From Acaryochloridaceae cyanobacterium VAR_48_metabat_390 (GTDB taxonomy: Bacteria > Cyanobacteriota > Cyanobacteriia > Thermosynechococcales > Thermosynechococcaceae), in contig JANPLU010000082.1 of assembly GCA_031422435.1 (NCBI GenBank), positions 1 to 43,154 on the forward strand: 43,154 nucleotides of DNA. The letters run 5' to 3'. Below the pieces are notes generated by a model. The model ran no database searches. It saw only the letters and a program-made list of their open reading frames with translations, and had not been told where the DNA came from. A program made the position numbers and the translations under genes. Shown here piece after piece: positions 37,695 to 43,154 of the stretch; the stretch's first letter is position 1, and each line of letters starts with the position of its first letter.

Positions 37695-38504
37695 TTAAGC
37701 CTCAGGCTCTGGTGCTGAAGGTGAATTAAGAAAATAGCTTAAGAACGCACCTAAAAAGCCAATGCTAAACCCAGCAACATTACGGAAAATAGGGAGCCAT
37801 TCAGTCGTCCGAACCAAAACTGGACCTAGCCCAAAAGACAAAAACAACATGCCCCACAGTGGAGAGAATAGCAGCGCCCACTGCCAAGCAAAGACTTGAC
37901 CTTCTTTTCGCGGACGACCCGAGAAGCCACAGATAATTCCACCAATGACAGATGTCACCAGTGTTAGAATCCATTGCTCTTGAGGGAGACCGGGTACTAC
38001 ACTACATCCGCCTTTACGGAGACATCCTTCTACAGAAGCCAATGCCTGGGTGATTGCCTGGTCTTCGCCGTTATCACGCACAAAGTATTGGTTGCCAAAT
38101 CGGGTTTGCAGCTCAATCCAAAATGTGCGCGGCAGTAAAGGGTAAAAATCATCCCCAACAGCAAAACTGAGAATGTTGCCGCCTTTTCCATCTGCAACCA
38201 GCACTACACTTTTTTTGTCGAGTTTCCAGAAGTTGATGACGGCTCTGCCTGGGGTTTGCTCAAACTGGGTCAAGACCCGCAGTCTCCAGCCCGTTTCTGC
38301 CTCAAACGTCTCCAATTCTTTCACTAAATTCTCTTTCTGAAGGCTCGTGAAGGTTTTTGCTAAATCCACCACGGGCGTTGGCTCGGCGGGTAAAAGTTGG
38401 GGGTTGTCATAGGCTTTTGCCTCTGGCCCCATAGCCCACAAACTCAATACAACCATCAAGGCTAAACCCGCTCGAAGCCAACGCCGCACAAGAGAATGTT
38501 TCAT
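37695..38504 (-). CDS. TPM domain-containing thylakoid-type membrane protein
   Basis: Signal peptide from ATG 38504; PVVDLA, GWRLRVLTQ, FWIELQTRFGNQ, C-VVPGLP-EQW; C-terminal TM segments. Confidence 0.88.
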   Translation of the reverse strand: MKHSLVRRWLRAGLALMVVLSLWAMGPEAKAYDNPQLLPAEPTPVVDLAKTFTSLQKENLVKELETFEAETGWRLRVLTQFEQTPGRAVINFWKLDKKSVVLVADGKGGNILSFAVGDDFYPLLPRTFWIELQTRFGNQYFVRDNGEDQAITQALASVEGCLRKGGCSVVPGLPQEQWILTLVTSVIGGIICGFSGRPRKEGQVFAWQWALLFSPLWGMLFLSFGLGPVLVRTTEWLPIFRNVAGFSIGFLGAFLSYFLNSPSAPEPEA

Positions 38505-38563
38505 GAATTTATAAAAATATGTTAGAGAGCCGCTATTTATCGTCAGGCAAGTGTTGTTGAGCA

Positions 38564-38717
38564 AACGTGAGTTCGATGATGCATTAAGACCCTCCCCCCC
38601 AACCCCTCTCCCGCAGGAGAGGGGCTTAGCAGCCTTGATTCTTTATTGCTCCTCCTTCTCCCGTAAGAGAAGGAGGCTGGGAGGATGAGGGGAATTGGAT
38701 TCTGTCGAACTCACGTT
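38564..38717. mobile_element. 154-bp MITE-like element with internal hairpins
   Basis: Perfect 13-bp IR AACGTGAGTTCGA (38564-38576) / TCGAACTCACGTT (38705-38717); internal CCCCTCTCC-CGCA-GGAGAGGGG and CCTCCTTCTC-CCGTAA-GAGAAGGAGG. Confidence 0.75.
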
Positions 38718-38967
38718 AAGTAAGGTGGCAAGTCTTAACACTTGTTTACGTTTCTCTAATAATACTACGACTCAAGCTCAGCGTGCCCAACTCAAGCAGC
38801 GGATCAGATCTCCCCCTTTGAAAATTAAACGTAAGTGTTATTCGGGATGGCGATCGCAGTCTGATGCATTTTCGAGAACAGTTAGACTAACCTTGTAAAG
38901 GGGCAAACAGCAGCAGCAGTCGTGAAATAGCCTGTTTGCACTTAAAAACTTAGCGGGAGAAAATTCG

Positions 38968-39195
38968 GTGGCTCATACCATAGTGACCAATGTTTGTGAG
39001 GGCGTTGCAGATTGCGTCGATGCTTGTCCAGTGGCCTGTATCCATGAAGGGCCAGGCAAAAACACCAAGGGAACCGACTGGTACTGGATTGATTTCTCAA
39101 CCTGCATTGACTGCGGCATTTGTCTGCAAGTTTGCCCTGTAGAAGGCGCAATTGTGGCAGAAGAGCGCCCTGAACTGCAAAAAACGCCAGCCTAG
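38968..39195 (+). CDS. Bacterial-type 7Fe ([3Fe-4S][4Fe-4S]) ferredoxin, Ssr3184/Fed8-like
   Basis: CEGVADCVDACP and CIDCGICLQVCP; GTG start with GGGAG upstream. Confidence 0.93.
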   Translation: MAHTIVTNVCEGVADCVDACPVACIHEGPGKNTKGTDWYWIDFSTCIDCGICLQVCPVEGAIVAEERPELQKTPA

Positions 39196-39268
39196 GGCAG
39201 TCTCCCCTGTCTCCTGATTGGACAAGCCCTTGGTGATGTAGCAAAGTTACATCACCTATCACCTGACT

Positions 39269-40255
39269 CTAGTGACTGGTAGTTAGCCCTCTCTCTCGTA
39301 ACTGCTGAATAAAAAAGTCTTCGAGAGTAGGGCGCACCAAATCCATTTTGAGAAGCTGGGCTTGGCTCTCGTGTAGAGCGTGCATCAACTGTTCTGGCTC
39401 ACCGCGAAATTCACCATGCCAGCGATCGCCCTGAATCTCTAGACTGGGCACCCGTTGATGTAATGCTTCTGCATCGCCCCCGCGCCCCTGAATTTGGTAA
39501 ATCTCAGTATCCGTCCCCAATAGTTCATCTAGAGTGCCTTCACAAATAAGGTCGCCTTGGGCGAGAATGGCAACGCGATCGCAGATTACCTCTACATCTG
39601 ACAAGACGTGACTGTTGAAAAAAATAGTTTTGCCTTGGGCTTTGAGAGACAAAATAATCTCGCGCATCTGGTAGCGCCCCAATGGGTCTAGCCCTGACAT
39701 TGGCTCGTCTAAAAAAATCACATCTGGGTTATTAATGAGCGCCTGAGCCATGCCTACGCGCTGAAGCATCCCCTTAGAGTAGCGCCGCATCTGCTTTTTC
39801 TTAGCCGCAGACTGCGCCAACCCCACCAGATCTAGCAGTTCGGGAATGCGCTTGCGTTTCACTGAGGCCGGAAGCTGAAATAGACCTGCCGTAAAGTCTA
39901 AAAACTCCCAGCCTGTGAGGTAGTCGTAAAAGTAAGGGTTTTCTGGCAGGTACCCAATGCGCTGCTTGATACTGCGATCGCCCAAAGGCTGACCCAAAAT
40001 AAACCCGCGTCCTGCCGTAGGACGAATAATGCCCAGTAAGGTTTTGAGTAGCGTCGTTTTACCCGCCCCATTAGGACCCAATAAACCAAAAGTTTGACCT
40101 GCATACACCGACAGTGTGCATTGCTTCAGTGGCGTAACAACCTTGTTGAGCCAAAAGCCCGTGCGGTAAGACTTTTTAAGGCTAAACGTTTGTACCACCG
40201 GCTGCTCAGGCGACTCTAGCTGAAGGTCAGCCTCAGATAAACTCGCAACGCTCAT
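39269..40255 (-). CDS. ABC transporter ATP-binding protein
   Basis: GPNGAGKT, YSKGM signature, FLDEP, NSH. Confidence 0.95.
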   Translation of the reverse strand: MSVASLSEADLQLESPEQPVVQTFSLKKSYRTGFWLNKVVTPLKQCTLSVYAGQTFGLLGPNGAGKTTLLKTLLGIIRPTAGRGFILGQPLGDRSIKQRIGYLPENPYFYDYLTGWEFLDFTAGLFQLPASVKRKRIPELLDLVGLAQSAAKKKQMRRYSKGMLQRVGMAQALINNPDVIFLDEPMSGLDPLGRYQMREIILSLKAQGKTIFFNSHVLSDVEVICDRVAILAQGDLICEGTLDELLGTDTEIYQIQGRGGDAEALHQRVPSLEIQGDRWHGEFRGEPEQLMHALHESQAQLLKMDLVRPTLEDFFIQQLRERGLTTSH

Positions 40256-40280
40256 AGGCCGCTATTATTCCCCTAAAATA

Positions 40281-41510
40281 CTAACGAATCAGCAGTAGGG
40301 CAGACTGGAACAACCCAATGCCCAAGCCTAGGATACCCCCAAGGTTTACGATAGCCTGCAACTCACTTTTAACAATTCCCTGAATCGCGTCTTCTAGGGC
40401 TTCTGGCGCGGTTGCCTTAACGCGCTCCATAATGACCTGGTCTAAATTTAAGATTGGAATCGCCTGCTCCACAAGCTTTTCTAGATCTCGCTCTAGGTAA
40501 CGCTCTAAAATCAATGCCAATTCCTGACTCACCATATCCAAAGAAGCTACCACTGCCTCCGAAGACTGGAGTCGCCTTAAAATGACCGTTGCCGTATCTT
40601 CCCAATTCACCGTATCGCTTAGGCTTTGCAGCACGCTCTCGCCTTTAGTACGCAGATAGCTGCGAACACTTTCTCGAAAATTCCGCCGCAGTTGACGCAC
40701 GGTGCTTACGGGCAGATTTTGCAGCGACAGACTGCTCAGCCACTCGCCCAATCGCTGCTGAATGCCTAGCGAAACAACCATCTCCTGAATTCTGGCGTTG
40801 CACGCGCCTCGCTCTTCAATGCAGAAAGCGCGCAGCCGCACGAGAACATTTTTAGCCCCCAGTAAATTGGCGACGACCCAAAACGTTCCGCTGGTTTTTT
40901 CCCGCAGCCCTTCGTCCAAAATCGTAATGTTGCGGTCTGTCAGAAAGTTAATCAGCCCAAGGCGTAAGGCATCCGGAGGTAAGGCATCATCAATAATCCA
41001 ATCCGCTAGTTGAGCCGCCTGTGCGTCATCAAGATGATAGTCCAACAAGATTTGATCAAAAATTTGGTTGAACTGAACCTTCAAAAAATTATCTTGGCGT
41101 GCGAGTACCGCCGTGACGCGCGGCAAAGACTGTCCCACAAAATCTTTAAGAATGTTGGCTAAAATCTTGACGGTCTTTTGCTGCGTATCTGCCTTGACCT
41201 GATCGAGTGCCAGCTCAAGCAGCCACTGAATAGCAGACTGCATTCGCTCAGTTTGCAGCAGCCGCTGAGCCACCTTCTGCATCTCATCGGGGGTGAGCAG
41301 CGACGACATAATCGCATTAGAAACCCGCTGTGCAAGGCGATCTTGATTACGAGGGATTAGCCCCGGCGTAAAGGGAAGCACTCTATTGCCAATTTTGATA
41401 GCCCGATAGGGGCGAAACAGCATTTTAATCGCCAAGTCATTGGTGTAGTAGCCAATGATGCCGCCCGTAATGGGTGGCAATGCAATAACCCAGACAGAAG
41501 ACCAATCCAA
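40281..41510 (-). CDS. DUF445 family membrane protein
   Basis: [20 protein letters not shown] and [13 protein letters not shown]. Confidence 0.93.
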   Translation of the reverse strand: MDWSSVWVIALPPITGGIIGYYTNDLAIKMLFRPYRAIKIGNRVLPFTPGLIPRNQDRLAQRVSNAIMSSLLTPDEMQKVAQRLLQTERMQSAIQWLLELALDQVKADTQQKTVKILANILKDFVGQSLPRVTAVLARQDNFLKVQFNQIFDQILLDYHLDDAQAAQLADWIIDDALPPDALRLGLINFLTDRNITILDEGLREKTSGTFWVVANLLGAKNVLVRLRAFCIEERGACNARIQEMVVSLGIQQRLGEWLSSLSLQNLPVSTVRQLRRNFRESVRSYLRTKGESVLQSLSDTVNWEDTATVILRRLQSSEAVVASLDMVSQELALILERYLERDLEKLVEQAIPILNLDQVIMERVKATAPEALEDAIQGIVKSELQAIVNLGGILGLGIGLFQSALLLIR

Positions 41511-41714
41511 GATTTACGCTCAACTGAATAGCGATCAGTACAGTAAAAGTCTGAACCTAGATTAATCCTAGCAATTTCAACTTCCATTCCATCATTTAAA
41601 ACCTCAAATTATTGTCCGCGTTGCCCCTGAAAGTCCCTAAAGCAAGCCATCGTACCGATCAAGTTCGATAAATTGAGGTTACTATGGTAGATAAGTTAGC
41701 AAGCCTGTGCAGCA

Positions 41715-42047
41715 ATGCTTTTTTCCAATGTGCCTGACCCCGAACTTCTTAAAACGCTCTTAGAGCCACTCCTTGATGATTTTCAGTATTGGTTGAGTCG
41801 GGCAAAAGCGCTGCTCTTGACTGAAGACGTGATTTTTTTGAGTGCCGAAGCCCACGCAGATTTATTGGCGCGGGTAGAGCAAACGCTTCAGGAAGTGAAT
41901 GCAGCCCAGAGCTTATTTCGAGCCACAGGATGTCAGATCGGTGTAGAAGGCACCCTGATTATGAGCTGGCATACGCTGGTGTCAGAATGCTGGCAGGTGA
42001 TGATTCGGTACCGTCTAGGTCAAACGAATGCGATTGAACAATCGTAA
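41715..42047 (+). CDS. DUF2605 family protein
   Basis: LLK-LLEPLLDDFQYW and WH-LV-ECW. Confidence 0.85.
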   Translation: MLFSNVPDPELLKTLLEPLLDDFQYWLSRAKALLLTEDVIFLSAEAHADLLARVEQTLQEVNAAQSLFRATGCQIGVEGTLIMSWHTLVSECWQVMIRYRLGQTNAIEQS

Positions 42048-42166
42048 ACGTTTATGTCTTTCTATCTGAGAACCTGTCAGAATAAAGGTGCTGTTGCTGC
42101 CTTAGGGTTGGCGATCGCCCTGTTTAATTTATAGGCTAGTGCGCTAAGCACTGGAGAGTCGCAGAT

Positions 42167-42478
42167 ATGTTGCAATTGCTGTACATCATTGCGTTCATCA
42201 TTTTGGCAGTGTTGGCGATCGGAAATCTAGTCCGAAGTTTATTCACGCTGGGAGCCGACTCTCAACGCAGCTATGCATCTAGAGGGGTCGCAGAATCTCT
42301 CAGCAACGGCATCAGCAGCCGGAGCGGGGCTACACCGCATCCAGAGATGTTAGATGAGCGGGGGCGGGTGATTAATGAGCCGCTGCTAGTGATGCGTTCA
42401 ATGACGGTAGAAGATGCTAGAGAGCAGCTTGACGCACTCTACAATAGCTCTCCTGGATCCAGCAGCGATGAAGGGTAA
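42167..42478 (+). CDS. DUF2973 family protein
   Basis: LLYI-AF-ILA-LA-NL, PHPE-LD-G, EPLLVMRS, AREQLDALY. Confidence 0.85.
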   Translation: MLQLLYIIAFIILAVLAIGNLVRSLFTLGADSQRSYASRGVAESLSNGISSRSGATPHPEMLDERGRVINEPLLVMRSMTVEDAREQLDALYNSSPGSSSDEG

Positions 42479-42504
42479 AGCATCAGCATTTATCGGTTGC
42501 AGTT

Positions 42505-43154
42505 ATGCCCTCCAACGCTTCTCAAAATAAAGAGCCTTCTTCGATGCCAGAAGGCAAGGCAGAATTAAGCCACAGTCTTCAGGTTGTTCTAGAAGAACAG
42601 CCTAAAGAGAGATTTGTTGCCTCAAAGCCAGTTATGGGGGTAAAGCTAGATTTCATTCGCAAAACTGTTCAACATTCAATCCAGGCGGCAGTCCAAACCG
42701 TTCAGAAAGGAACACAGTGGTTTCAAGTCAGTGAAGCCGATCTCCAGCAGCTTTTAGAACAGGTTCGTCAAAGTTTGCCCATCACAGAAGTGATTTTGAT
42801 TGGCAAAGCCCAAACCGGAAAAAGCTCGATTATTCAGGCCATGACGGGCGCTTCAGCAGAGATAATTGGTCAGGGGTTTCGCCCCCATACGGCTCATACT
42901 CAGCGCTATGCTTACCCCACCGAAGACCTCACGCTGCTGAATTTTATTGATACGGTAGGTTTGGGCGAAGGACTGAAGCATCCGACGGCGGCTATTCAAG
43001 AACTTCAGGGCGTACTTAAAGGCGGCGATAGCGGCGCAGTCCGCCCAGACGATCCTCAGATAGCCGCTCAAGTTTTGGTTGTAACCCTTAAAATTTCGGA
43101 CTTTGCGGTAGATGCCATTCACAATCTTCTTCAGGCACTCCGTCAAGAACATCC
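42505..43154 (+). CDS. GTPase (YcjF/MMR_HSR1-like) family protein, 5' part (runs off window end)
   Basis: Not in the ORF track. Manual translation from ATG 42505 gives LIGKAQTGKSS (G1), GQGFRPHT (G2), FIDTVGLG (G3). Confidence 0.88.
   Translation, partial: MPSNASQNKEPSSMPEGKAELSHSLQVVLEEQPKERFVASKPVMGVKLDFIRKTVQHSIQAAVQTVQKGTQWFQVSEADLQQLLEQVRQSLPITEVILIGKAQTGKSSIIQAMTGASAEIIGQGFRPHTAHTQRYAYPTEDLTLLNFIDTVGLGEGLKHPTAAIQELQGVLKGGDSGAVRPDDPQIAAQVLVVTLKISDFAVDAIHNLLQALRQEH

Noticed and set aside
38505..38564. N-terminal extension of the TPM ORF from TTG
   Set aside because: ATG at 38504 gives a proper signal peptide; the extension starts at the MITE boundary.
38734..38753. HLR1-like repeat TTAACACT-TG-TTTACGTT upstream of the ferredoxin
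   Set aside because: Too many mismatches in AT-rich DNA to support.
42853..43152. 99-aa minus-strand ORF
   Set aside because: Antisense to the GTPase gene starting at 42505.

Overview
Cyanobacterial chromosomal window: the HIP1 octamer GCGATCGC occurs about once per kb, and the D1 N-terminus [14 protein letters not shown] recalls Acaryochloris-like lineages (tentative). In order it contains: the 5' part of psbA, a HIT protein, DUF561/Ycf23, a mannose-1-P guanylyltransferase/PGM fusion, an Anbu proteasome-type protease, tRNA-Gly(GCC) and panB; a decayed IS66 carrying a nested ISL3-type MITE whose end abuts cydAB; rlmN; a Nit1C nitrilase operon behind a canonical NtcA promoter; a rhomboid, an LRR-kinase and a Rieske ferredoxin; a ~15 kb Wzx/Wzy exopolysaccharide locus with a sulfotransferase; and then lepA, a nucleotidyltransferase, a PHP protein, a TPM protein, a MITE, a 7Fe ferredoxin, an ABC ATPase, DUF445, DUF2605, DUF2973 and a partial GTPase. 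The strongest candidate for an undescribed system is the EPS locus, which has two unusual fusions. One is a CapD/PglF-type UDP-sugar dehydratase with a degenerate EAL domain (candidate c-di-GMP sensor). The other is a Wzc with a dead Walker A and a C-terminal coiled coil that, from recall, resembles the pilus-motility protein HmpF. All family assignments come from motif recognition; no searches were run.
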